DNA of 64,000 nucleotides from Laetmonice hystrix (lineage: Eukaryota). Below are positions 27,402 through 41,100 of this stretch, piece after piece. Each line of letters begins with the position of its first letter. Positions within the stretch are counted from its first letter, which is position 1. The translations under genes were made by a program, and so were the position numbers. Below the pieces are notes generated by a model. That model was not told the DNA's origin. It saw nothing but the letters and a program-made list of their open reading frames with translations, and ran no database searches. The stretch spans positions 15,748,001 to 15,812,000 of the forward strand of contig OZ249442.1 in NCBI GenBank assembly GCA_965235115.1, written 5' to 3'.

Positions 27402-28220
27402 CTGTTTCAGTTCATACGTTTGGTTTCACTCGTTCACTCAGACTGCTTCAGTTCATACGTTTGGTTTCACTCATTCACTCAGACTGCTTCAGTTCATACG
27501 TTTGGTTTCACTCGTTCACTCAGACTGCTTCAGTTCATACGTTTGGTTTCACTCATTCACTCAGACTGCTTCAGTTCATACGTTTGGTTTCACTCATTCA
27601 CTCAGACTGCTTCAGTTCATACGTTTGGTTTCTCTCGTTCACTCAGACTGCTTCAGTTCATACGTTTGGTTTCACTCATTCACTCAGACTGCTTCAGTTC
27701 ATACGTTTGGTTTCACTCATTCACTCAGACTGCTTCAGTTCATACGTTTGGTTTCTCTCGTTCACTCAGACTGCTTCAGTTCATACGTTTGGTTTCTCTC
27801 GTTCACTCAGACTGCTTCAGTTCATACGTTTGGTTTCACTCGTTCACTCAGACTGCTTCAGTTCATACGTTTGGTTTCTCTCGTTCACTCAGACTGCTTC
27901 AGTTCATACGTTTGGTTTCACTCGTTCACTCAGACTGCTTCAGTTCATACGTTTGGTTTCTCTCGTTCGCTCAGACTGCTTCAGTTCATACGTTTGGTTT
28001 CTCTCCTTCACTCAGACTGCTTCAGTTCATACGTTTGGTTTCTCTCGTTCACTCAGACTGCTTCAGTTCATACGTTTGGTTTCACTCGTTCACTCAGACT
28101 GCTTCAGTTCATACGTTTGGTTTCACTCGTTCACTCAGACTGCCTCAGTTCATACGTTTGATTTCACTCGTTCACTCAGACTTCTTCAGTTCATACGTTT
28201 GGTTTCTCTCCTTCACTCAT
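27402..28220. repeat. 41-bp minisatellite, ~20 copies
   Basis: Unit GTTTGGTTTCACTCGTTCACTCAGACTGCTTCAGTTCATAC; stop-free in all three plus frames. Confidence 0.97.
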
Positions 28221-28850
28221 TAATTTCACATTGAATTGTCTGAGGAATGAACAGACATCAAAATGGTCCAGCATTGTAAAGGCGGAAAATGTGCGATATC
28301 AAGATGACTCTCATGGGGTAGGCTATCTGCCAAGAAACTGGCATTCTACAGTTCTTAAATCAGGCTAAAATCCTAAATAACTGACTGGATAAGCCATAAA
28401 ACATCAAGCTATTTCATAAGCTGGGGTTGCATTATAAGAAGTTTGGAAAAAGAAGGGTACTAATTTCCAAGGAATTCCTGCCAACCTCCCCACAACCCAA
28501 ATGGTGCTCAATCTCAGGCAAGAGGAACATGGAAAAGAAATCTGTGGAAAAACTCTCAGGTCTGATGGGAGAAATACCATCATAAAATATTGATTTCTTA
28601 CAGAAGGAATCGCATCTAAAGCACCATCACTAATATAAATTTCAAATCTTTATAAAGCTTTGAAAACCTACATGCATATTGGGCAGGGATTGGAGTCCTG
28701 AATAAGAAAACCCTGTATAATCCACTGGCAGGCTTAGGTTTTCCTGAACAGGATATCAAAGAATGAAGAGAAACCATATTGAGCGTCTTGTCCCCCATGA
28801 TTTCCACGTCCGTTGTGACCTTCTGGTTGTGGTGCCCCATGGGCCGACCT

Positions 28851-29154
28851 TCAGGAAGATGGTGCTGCAGTCTGTTTAATGGTAACAAGGCTGTTAGTCG
28901 CGTGTGACTGTAGCGCCATCTGGACCATGACACCATCGACGGGGTCAGCAGGGGCGCTGGCTATATGCAAATTACTCAAGTTATAGACACCTGGCTTTAC
29001 AAAACACGCCCTGAGGGTCAACATGCGAGCCTGAGCTGGGGTCAGGTGTAGTCTGGATACAGTGTGGCCAGCCCACGTGAACGTGGCAGTCGGGCTGTGC
29101 TGGACCAGGGACGGGTAGGTTGGCATTGGGGCACGAGTCGAGCTGCTTGACATC
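28851..29154 (-). CDS. TRAPPC8: TRAPPC8 coding exon 28 (terminal)
   Basis: TTTTGTTAG|G MSSS...FTWAGHT...LRACFVKPGVYNL...PSS TGA. Confidence 0.93.
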
Positions 29155-32100
29155 CTAACAAAACAAAAAAAAGGAACTGTGGAAACTGTGGAAATGTGGG
29201 GAATCTGTGGCATGATGAGCTAACATAACTTTGTCAACGTTAGCGATGGACCGGACAGAACTTTTTCTAAATGAAGGAGGTTCTTTATTACATGGTCCCT
29301 GCCAAAAGACTTAACGTTTAAGGATTTAACTTCACGGATTCGGCAGAGTATCTGCAGGGCCCGGTTTCTTGGTGGAGCTTGAGCTGAAATTCTTGGCTCA
29401 AGCTCAAGGATTTGGAGCTTGAGCCAAGGATTCTCGGCTCAAGCTCAAATTTGGGTTTCACAGTCAGACGGCCGTTGAGCTTGAGCTTGAGCTGGGACAT
29501 GACTGTGAAACCCAAATTTGAGCTTGAGCCGAGAATCCTTGGCTCAAACTCCAAATCCTTGAGCTTGAGCCAAGAATTTCAGCTCAAGCTCCACCAAGAA
29601 ACCGGGCCCTGGTATCACTCCGGCCAATAAAAATATCTCTAGTAGCTTGATTATTACCATACACCAACAGACATCTACATCTTTCAGATTTTTAAGAATA
29701 ACAAAACAAACATAAGAAATATTTCTCACCTCTCCTGTCTCTTTGTTGTATCCACCTCAACAAGCACGTCGGCATCACAACAATTGAAGAGATGGAGTTG
29801 TACGGTTACCATGGCAACACGAGAACGAGTAAAGTCGTGCGTTACGACAGCATCATAGCAAAGGTGGACCTTGACTAGCTGGCTAAGTGTGAGGTCGTCA
29901 GGCAGTGGTACACTGTCGGGCTCTGAATCCTTGATGATCTTCACGGGCGGCTGCTGAACCGGCGCCTTGAGAAAATAAGGACTCATTTGCTACAACTTTG
30001 GCTTATACCTCAAGTACAAAACTCAATTATATAACAAGATTTTTGTGAACAGCTACGCTATACTGTAGTGGATACAAGAGACAGATAGGCTGTTGGTATG
30101 GAATCTTAAATTTAATAGTCAACTGATCCATCCTTCCATTTATTCATCCTTTCATTCAATCATTGATTTAATCATTTAGTTTACGTCAGCACTAACCTTG
30201 ATAGTTGGTGGAGTGACGACTAGAGAATTCAATGCTTCGATAGTCAAATGATGCTGGCCCATGACACAATGACTGTCACCAGCTTCGCTTACCACAAATG
30301 CCTGTCAGGAAAACAAGATTTATAATACTACCGGTACAAAATATTGTATATGAAACAAGTTCATTCATCATGAAACACATCCTTCTACAACAGCATCTCA
30401 AATGGTACATCTCAAATCATTCCGCCATCATTGATGACCCAATTAACACTACATACACATTTAGGTTAGTGAGAACGGCTCATCTCCTTACCTTCCATAT
30501 AACAATAAGAGTGAGACCTGCTTGCAAAGCATGCTCTAATGGTTCAAAGTGTTTTGTTTTGTCCTCCTTCCGGTGGTCTGTCTGCAGGAATGCTAGGTTT
30601 ACTGGCAAGGACTCCACATCAGCGAAGTCGGGCACTCCCCGCGACCGGAAGTAGAGGTCGGAACATGGCGTCAGCGAACTCTCGATCTGGAAAGGCAAAA
30701 ACCACTCTGTCAAAATTCTTATATCAATAATTATCTTCTTGCTAGACATTCATTCTCAAAATTCTCTTTATTTGGAGCTCAATTTGAGTTTTACACCAGA
30801 ACAAAAGTTTGTGTTTAGATAAAGAAACTGACATCTTATACTCACCGGATGTTCTTGGAAGGTAACATTTGTGAAAACTACTTCTTTACTAGAAGAACCA
30901 TTACTAGACTTTTCACTAATACAACCTGAAAAAAAACAACAGGAAAGAGATTTTGAATTACTTAATCTGAAAAATAAATCCTTCAAAAGATCTTAATTTA
31001 CATCATTTGAAAAAACATTCCTTCAAGTACATATGTCAATCACAAAAAACATATTGATCACTGGTGAGCCTTCCACCTTGTTCACACTTACTAGGACTTG
31101 TACATATATGCTGACACTTATGAGCCTTGAACGATAGGAGCATGGTCTCTCTACAGTTCAACTTCATTTCTGAAAACAAACCAATAGAAAAAGCTTGAAA
31201 AATTTCAATGCCAGATCTTTGTATCATGGAGAAGGATAAAAAACCTAGGTTTTTACCATTTGTGCCAAAGATCTGAACGGTGCTAGAAGCTACAAAATAA
31301 GCAATTCTTATTACTTAGGTACTGTATACATTAAACAATCAAATGTCTGAACTGGAAAACACTTTACTCAGAAATGCTATCAATAGCATTTATACAATTT
31401 TGAGTTGTAAAAGGGGGCTCAAAAGGTCAATAGGCCAACTCACCTGTGAGTCGCTGTGTGGAAAGATGGCGCAGGTGCCATCTGCATGATGCACAAGAAA
31501 CCTGAAGCAGGCTCAACTCGGCAATACTAGGATCGTGTACCTATGTGTGACATGACATATAAAGTACATAAAATTACTACAACTATAAATGCATTATTTA
31601 AATTTTGGAAAAAAGAGAAAAAAGTACATAAGGCTGGACTGACCTGATTCATGTTTTCTGCCTCAACCGTGACCATGATGGTGTTGAGAGGTTCCGAGAC
31701 ATTATCATGACTGCATGTTAAACCTCGTGACGCTATGGCACGCAGGCCAAGTGAGTTGTTTGCTGTCACTTGTACGGTGTGCCGCAGCACTCGATGCCTG
31801 GAATTTAACCAGATACTGTAAGGTTATAAGGTTTGGCTGGTAAATGCATGGGTGACTCAACTATCTATATTTACTGGTCAACGTAGGATGTCGGTTTTCA
31901 AACTAGATGCCCATTGTTTTGAGTAATGTATTTGTGTAAGAGAACTCTACTATAACTGAAAGTGTTACATCTAGCCAACAACTTCGTTTATATATACTCT
32001 AAAATCAAAGGAGGGCAAATATTACATTTGCAATGAAACTAACATCAAAGATGGTATCTACCGCAATACGAAAATTTCCTGGTTAATGTGTATCTGAAGC

Positions 32101-35100
32101 ATATATGTTCATTGTTGCCTTAGACCTTATCTTATCAAAACTGACAATATGGTTCAAATCCTACGTGATCTCGAACAATTTCTACATGAAGTCAATCATA
32201 CCTGAGCTTTGGGTTGCTGGCTGAAGACTTGTAACAAAACAGAAGATGTATTTTGTGATCGCCGGCAGTATCAGGACCGCGAATCCACAACGGTAATGTT
32301 ACAGACTTTCCTGGAGCTAAACTTCCTTCCGGTAATGGAATATCCATGACATGTTTGACATCCATTTCCTTGGTAATGTATTCGTCAGAGTCAGTTGGAG
32401 CGATGAGGTTTTGGTACATACATCCAGGGGCAGGCAGTTGGGAGCCAGAGCCAAACGTGAAAAATTCTGGGTTTGTCGAGGCCACCTGGAGGCCATGGAG
32501 GGCATAATCTCCTGTATTTGTGAACTCCACCGAGACGTGCTTCACCTCACCACACAGCAGTTGGCTGGGGAAACCTGTAAAGTGCACCTGCACCGGCAAA
32601 CCAAAGAACATTCTGGTTAGATCCAGTTTCTGACACTCGATTAAATCTTGACCACTCAAATGTAGATTGAGACAGTCACCACTTACTTACCTGTAATAGA
32701 GGCATCTTTGGGGCGACAATGAGGTCCAACCGTCGGTCAGGGCCATACATTTTGCTCTTCTTCTCAACTCTGGAACTGTTGAGCCTCGGACCTTGCACGT
32801 CAAGGTTGACCCTCCCACGCACCCATACTGAACTGAGAAAACTGGGTTTCGCGGGCTGGTTCCCTGTTTGTCCGCCAGAATTACTCAGATTGTTCTGTTC
32901 GCTACTTAGTGTCGTGGCAGTGACGACTGGCTGGCCACTAGGTGTGGTTGCAGTCGCTCCTGCAGAAGATGCCAGAGAGCTTGTGCCAAGATTATAGGCA
33001 AGACCGATGATGTGAAGTTCTCCAGTTTGTTTTGGTGTCAAATTTAAATGAATCTGCAAGATTAAGAAGAGAGTGTCAAACTTTACTTAAAGAGAGTACT
33101 TTGCCTTTCTAAAGTCAACCACCAACTGCTTTGCTGGAATGCAGTTACATCCCCCAATGTATCATATGAATACTGGTAGCTCTTTAGTCTTAGATTTAAG
33201 GATCTTTGACTTAAGTAATAGGAATAACTTTGACTATCGGAGAAGCCCAGTAAGTAATTTAGTTACTATTAAATCAATATCTCCCCCGACCCCCCCCCCC
33301 CCCTCGGCCTTTCATGAACAGAGGCCTCTACAAAAAATATCACAACACAAAACAAAGTGGAAAATCCACGACATAACTAACACAACCTCTCAATCACTAA
33401 ACGCAACATCATGCCACTGGGCACCTTAAATGTACGGGGTACACACACTAATGTCAGATTCTCAAAGGGTTCAGTTTGACCCATTCCACTCCAGTCAGTA
33501 CGTAAACTGACCAGACCTGACCATGCTGCAGAGACGGCAGAACATGGTGATCTTCAGTTACTGAGGACTGCCTGGGTCGGTACGGGTGACTGTAATCAGA
33601 CTGCCTCATGTTGGTGCAGTCTCTGTAACCCTTGGCAACCAGGGACCCATTCCGCTCCAGTCAGTACCAGACCTGACCATGCTGCAGAGACAGCAGAACA
33701 TGGTGATCTTCAGTTACTGAGGACTGCCTGGGTCGGTACGGGTCACTGTAATCAGACTGCCTCATGTTGGTGCAGTCTCTGTATCTCTCGGCAACCAGGG
33801 ACCCATTCCACTCCAGCCAGTACCAGACCTGACCATGCTGCAGAGACGGCAGAACATGGTGATCTTCACTCACATCTCTTTAAACTGTCTTCTCACTCCA
33901 CTTTCCTGACATGGTGCACAGCATGAAATGACTGCCATGTTGTAATGACATGCTATGGAATCACATGCTACTGCCAGGGCAAGATTCTGTTGAAGCACTC
34001 CTCCAACAGTTGCCTCGTTGCCATGCACTAGTAGATTGGGTAGAAGAAACTAATTTCTTAACACGGACAGCTCTGGCCAAAACTTTCAGTACTCACTTTC
34101 TCTTCAGACTTGAAACATGAAAAACAAATGACATCATGAACAAACTTTGTGGTCTTGTTTGCACTTCAAAACCTGTTACCAGCAACCACAACCAACGAAC
34201 CATTCTTTTATGTGTTCAGCAGGATTTTTGAAAAATTATCTCCACATGGTCTCACAATGTTTGTATGTCGAACCTTTTTACCATCCAAAGATTGAAACAA
34301 ACGTCTGTAATGTTAAAGCAGGGCCTGCGAAATCCACTCACCTGCTCATATAGGTGGGTGTAAACAACGTAGCAACTGGGCAGACCCATAGGGTACAAGT
34401 CAGATCATGTTTAAATTTTCTCAGCAGTTCTGATGAACTTTTGGCAACAAAATGTACTGTACTATTTCGGCACTCACAGAAATTTCTAGGGACTAGGTAG
34501 TGTAACTTGAACGATCACTGTGAGTTGAACGAGTGTCGTGGGCAAACTGGGTTAATTCCAATCAGTACAATCTTCCCCACTACCACTGCCTGTGATTGGC
34601 CCACGCATTAGATCACACTGCTGGCCCAACTCAATCATGACTCAAGCCATGACCAAATAACAAACTAAGTACTCACTGATATAGAATCACTCGCAGACAG
34701 AATCAAGTCTGAGATGACTTGAGTTTCCACAACCTGATCAGCTAACGGGTTCTGAAATAGGAACACCTTTTACTTTCAACAGAAATCTGAATTGAACATG
34801 TTTGAGATGAACCAATACAACTCCTAAAAAAATTGTTCATACAAAACTTCCTAATATCTCCAACACCTAATAATTCATCCTGGTTGCTTTTGTGCCCATA
34901 AGGACCTACAAAAAGGTTTCTATGGAAGCCTTCATTTTAAGTTTTCAAGAGGGCTTGATATTATCAAATTGCTTAACAAATAAAATAAATCTAAATCAAT
35001 TTTTCGTTTGGGTGTCCTTTAGTGTTGATACCAACACTTAGCATGCCACACACAAACCTTGATTGCTTCGACTTCATTGGAAATTGGCTGAGCGCCATTC

Positions 35101-38100
35101 TCCGGACTGGGCATTTTCTCAAAGTCGATAGGGACGAATTTCCAGAGGAGTATGACGTCACTGAGGGCCAGGGGTATCTTCAAGGGGTTTCCAAGTTGGA
35201 CCTCGACCGTGATACGCTCTGATTATAAAAAAAAATCATATTATCAGTGTCTCTCTCAGTTGCATTGCAGGTCCATTGTTCATACAGTATTCACAATCAC
35301 AAGTATTGTTCTAGTTGTCAGTACTTTTACCTCAGAAAGACCTGGTAAAATTCCAATTCTACCCCATGATGACCCAGATATATACACACCATCGACCACT
35401 GCTATAGGGTTGCCACTGTTGGAAGTCCTGTTTGTAAAACATTGTAAGGATGGCTGAAAGTTTGCCGGGAAGTTTCCAGACCCAGTCAGGACGAGTTCCT
35501 CTAGTTTTCTCCACATGGCGTTTTCTGATTCGTCTGATTCAAACGTCACCCCAGAGGCTGGACTTCTAGGTTCTGTAAAAAGTTGGCATAAAACAGCTGA
35601 AAAAGATTCTTTTATTGTTTTTATAATGTGACCATGAGCTGGAAAGGGTTAACAAAAAAGAATAGCACAATATAGTAATTTATTGTGAGAAATATGATTT
35701 TTTTAAATAGCTGGAGCTGTCAAAAATATAAAAAAAAACATATCAAAACAGAACACTGCAGGGAAAATATTATTTTGCTTTGCTACTGGCTACTGAGATA
35801 ACTACCTCAATGGGTCCAGTAATACTTTGAGAATCTTTTCATGTTAGTCCTTGACTATCATGAACAATGAAACAAAAAGTCTGTATGAAATATTTACCAT
35901 CTATGTCGGGTTTGACAAGTTTACACAGGAGCACCTTGGTGTTGTTTCCATCCATTACCGGCAGAGGGAGCTGGGGTAGTGTGTCGGGACTGATAGCAAC
36001 GCCATCTAGTGAGGATTGTGCCAACAGCTGCTGGAAACGAAAATAAGGCCACTCATTGCTCTACTGAAAAATCAGTTAGCATCACTTCTTTCACACCCTA
36101 ACGGCACCACACCCTAACATCACTGCTTTCACACCCTAACAGCACCACACCCTAACATCACTGCTTTCACACCCTAGCAGCACCACACCCTAACACCACT
36201 GCTTTCACACCCTAGCAGCACCACACCCTAACATCACTGCTTTCACACCCTAACATCACCACACCCTAACTTCACTGCTTTCACACCCTAACACCACTGC
36301 TTTCACACCCTAACACCACTGCTTTCACACCCTAGCAGCACCACACCTTAACATCACTGCTTTCACACCCTAACAGCACCACACCCTAACTTCACTGCTT
36401 TCACACCTTAACAGCACCACATCCTAACAGCACCACACCCTAACATCACTGCTTTCACACCCTAACAGCACCACACCCTAACTTCACTGCTTTCACACCC
36501 TAACAGCACCACACCCTAACATCACTGCTTTCACACCCTAACATCACTGCTTTCACACCCTAACATCACTGCTTTCACACCCTAACAGCACCACACCCTA
36601 ACATCACTGCTTTCACACCCTAACATCACTGCTTTCACACCCTAACAGCACCACACCCTAACATCACTGCTTTCACACCCTAACAGCACCACACCCTAAC
36701 ATCACTGCTTTCACACCCTAACAGCACCACACCCTAACTTCACTGCTTTCACACCCTAGCAGCACCACACCCTGACTTCACTGCTTTCACACCCTAACAG
36801 CACCACACCCTAATATCACTGCTTTCACACCCTAACAGCACTGCTTTCACACCCTAACAGCACTGCTTTCACACCCTAACATCACTGCTTTCACACCCTA
36901 ACGGCACCACACCCTAACAGCACTGCTTTCACACCCTAACAGCACTGCTTTCACACCCTAACATCACTGCTTTCACACCCTAACGGCACCACACCCTAAC
37001 ATCACTGCTTTCACACCCTAACATCACTGCTTTCACACCCTAACGGCACCACACCCTAACATCACTGCTTTCACACCCTAACAGCACCACACCCTAACTT
37101 CACTGCTTTCACACCCTAACAGCACCACCCCCTTACATCACTGCTTTCACACCCTAACATCACTGCTTTCACACCCTAACATCACTGCTTTCACACCCTA
37201 ACATCACTGCTTTCACACCCTAACACCACTGCTTTCACACCCTAACATCACTGCTTTCACACCCTAACACCACTGCTTTCACACCCTAACATCACTGCTT
37301 TCACACCCTAACATCACTGCTTTCACACCCTAACTTCACTGCTTTCACACCCTAACAGCACCACACCCTGACTTCACTGGTTTCACACTCTTACATCACT
37401 GGTTTCACACCCTAACCTTTGGAAATCTTCCCACAAAATAGCCAGGGATGAAAGTGGCCAGCTGTAAAATTTCCTGAAATTCTGACCGGGGGCGAGCGGC
37501 GGGGGCCAATGTCCATAATTAATATTTGTTCATGCGCACATCCAAGGCTTACCCCACCCCCCCCCCCTTAAAAAAAGTCAGGCTAGGAACAGCAGACAAT
37601 CATGATCCGATAAGGCCTCCTAGCTATTATATATTATAGGGCCTAGCCCTCAGTATTTAGTCCCCCCCCCCCACCCCCACCCCCTCAACCCCCCACCCCT
37701 GCAAATTTGCTGGATAGACTCCATCACTCATCAGTCCATGCCCCTGTTCAAGGCTGTTGCTTGCCTGTCACTCAGTCACAGTCAGTGCATGTCAACCTCT
37801 GCCTGGCTCTGCCGTCTCTCTCCAACATTGGAATCCAGTCGGCTTTTAGCGTCCAAAATGCAACCGATTACGTTGTCAAACAGCTTCCATGTGTTAGACT
37901 GACCACACAGGCTGTCCATCAGTCTTGGCCCTCAGCAGTCACGACCCTCAGCGGCTCTCAGCCAAGCAACACAGGCTTCGCTGAGTCGAGTGGTTCAGCC
38001 CGTGTGTCCATGTGCCACTCATGTTGTTGTGAAAATTGTCACTTCCGGTCTTATCAGGACACCTGCACTGATCGACAAATGTAATGAAAAGTCCTGACAA

Positions 38101-41100
38101 CCCCAAAACTTCAGTGAAAACCACTTACGTAATGCCACTATCCTCAAATTTATATGCAAGAACACATTATGAGAACTTACTGACATATATACTAGGCAGA
38201 TTCATAGAACTAAATTGACCCAGTTTCCTGTGAGGAGTGACATTGTGATGGTGCATAGTTCGTCAGCCTAATCACTATCACCAACGCCGGGACTAGACAG
38301 ACCGGTCTGTCTATACTATAGTCTCGTTCACTAAGTGAGCGCTCAGGCAAAACTCGCGCATGGATATGGCATAATGGCAAGCCTGAATCAACGGGCTTCG
38401 CAGCTGCCTGACCATCAATTTTGCCTGAAGTCATTACCTGAGGTGAGTCGCTCTCACCACAGCGACGCGGGGCCGTGCCTGCCAGACGGGACAGACGCCA
38501 CCGCGTGCCGGTAGAAGTCAGCCCACGCGGGCCGGTCTCTGTGAGCGATGTCACCACAGCTACAGGGACCAGCACCCCCGGCAGACCGGCCTATGCACGG
38601 TGGCACCCGTGACACTGAACGGGTTTGAGACACTCTAATATCCCCATCTATAAACGAACTTTGGCAGGTAGAGATATATTGAGCTGCATGGTGTTAAAAA
38701 ACGTCCTGGAAGGGGATATTGTTTCATTTGATATTAATTGCCCACCACACAGTCCAGGGCAATACTTAGCCTTGGCTTAGGCCTACCTCTTTTGCCTATA
38801 GATCTAGGCCTATTTCCTTTATTGGGTGTTATTTCTTGGGGGGGGGGGATTTTTTCAAATTTCCTGATTTCAGGAAATTTCCTGAAAACTTTCATCCCTG
38901 ATAGCAAAATGCTGGGTTTTGGCTGTGTTGAAGCTAGGTATTTAATTTTTGACAAAATTTTTATCATGGAATAAGCCCATACAGAATATGGGATTCCCTT
39001 AAGTTTCCATTTCGGCCTTTTAACTTCCTATTTGTTGTGCCACCTGATAAAAGCACACTTACCTTATAGACAAACAGGTATTCACGGAGAAAGGCTGCCT
39101 GCTGTGGCGGCGTCTGTTTGCTTTCAGATGTCAGCAGATGTTTGAACGCAGCTGTGGCGTTCTCCAGCTGCTTCAAGTTGAACGACTGCCGACCAATAGT
39201 GAAGTTTATATGATCCTAGAATCACAAAAAAAAAATTATATCACAAAAACATAAATTCGCAATAATGCGCCTGAGGGTTGGACAATATGATTCCCAGGTT
39301 CTGTAAACAAATTCACCAGCTCATGAACTTGGTAGTTGGAATTACACGGACTGACTGAGTCACAGATATGACAGAGGTTTACCTTACTATAAGCTAGCAG
39401 GTTTTAGCAGTGGAGACTACTACATCAGAGTTCTGCACCACATCAATGAGTTTGTGCTATTTTCTTCACAGAGACAGAACATCTCTAGACAAATCTCTCA
39501 TCAGGCCATTGTGACTGATCTCACCAACAATCGTCATACTAGATGTACAGATCTATGCATGATGTTACCCTGATAATCCAGAGAAATGCCAGTGATGGAC
39601 GATATAAATATTAAGATATTTCCTTCATCCCACACTGGCTCTCCAATCAAATAAACACCAGCCCACAAACTACACATTACTCTGCCTGGGGCTAGTTGCA
39701 TCACTGTCCGTTCGTTAAAATGCTCATTGAAAATACATGGGGAAATTTAACGAATGGACAGTCATGCAACTGGCCCCTGACATGGCATCCGAAAAGAGGA
39801 ATAAGATATTACACTTGTAACCGAATAATGGCGGTAACTGCATTATTCAATACTCAAATCATGAGATCACAAGACCTGAGACTGTCAAAATAAATATCAA
39901 CATAGACAAAGTCAGTGAAGCCTACCTCTGCCAGTGTCCAGTGTTTGCCTTTGTAGACTTGGAGAGCCTGAGTGTAAGACCTGAGGGCATGCTTTTTCTA
40001 CAACATCAGTATGACAAAATGTTTGAACAAGGATCCAAATTACGTGCATTCAACGATTTCCTTATGTAATTCTCAAACCAATTGCAAGAATGTAACTTTC
40101 AGGTGTCGTGTACTTCTCGACTATCACATCGCTGCTGTAAACATAAATCTTTCTGTGAAAAAAAAAAACTTCTTGGGTCTAACAAGTCAGGAAATGGTAT
40201 CATAAAATTCAGAGCACTTGCTGCAATTCCAGTGTATGATGTCAAAGTAGATCAGGAAGCCAGCCCAGCTACAATGACTTCTCTTTTTGACAGTATCTCT
40301 ATTACTAGGAACGTCCCGGGGATTATAATACCCTATTGAGCCTATACAGTTTTCAAGGTATGGAACCTAACATCTTACTAATGCATTTCCCACAAGTTCT
40401 GGTTGAAAAAAGGAAGGGTCAGGTGGATATAAAACAAATAATGTCAGCTTTTCCCCCACCGTTTCCTGTCCTTAGCTCAACCTACACCCCCAGGCAGTGG
40501 ATGACTGACCTGACCAGCCTTGCTGAACCGGTGCCCTGCGAGTATCATATGAAAGGCAAACTTGCGCACCATTGGAGCCTTCATGTTGATGAAGCAGTGG
40601 GCGGCCTGTTCCAGGAGTAGGGCACTGCGTAGATCAGAGTCCTGCAAGTCGGCAGGCAAGATAAGAGAAAACATCATCATCAAAGTCTGGGAAAAAGGTA
40701 CTACCGTTACCTGATTTAGAATGTCTAAATCCTGTGTTCGATGGCCAATTTTACCATGGTTGGTCATAGTGGACAAAAATCAGACAGATGGCGATAGATA
40801 TTCAAATATATCAATAGATTATGATCTGTCCTCTTATAGGAAAATCTTATGAAGACATAGATAAGGTATCTTATATCAGCATATATATGTCCCATAATCC
40901 TGATTTAAACAACTTAAATCAACCAGACCCATTCAACATTAAAATTAGCCCGACCAGAGCAGTGGAGTCAAAGTCCCGGTAGAATTTATTATACACATTT
41001 CCTACAGTCATGGCTGCAGCGGCATGCCCTGTCACTCCAGGGCTTGCGATGTTTAAATATGTGATTTAAAGGTGAACCACCTTGAATTTTAAAGGATCCC

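Noticed and set aside
13178-28220. Regular arrays as possible CRISPR loci
   Set aside because: Units are contiguous with no unique spacers, there are no cas genes, and the context is eukaryotic.
36080-37416. Telomerase RNA template or true interstitial telomere
   Set aside because: CCCTAA is never tandem here, being always separated by 10-16 nt, and there is no CTAACCCTAA template-like run.
37707-38575. ORFs of 125 and 121 aa inside the 1458-bp TIR element as a transposase
   Set aside because: No DDE, BED/TTF zinc-finger or hAT dimerisation motif was recognisable.
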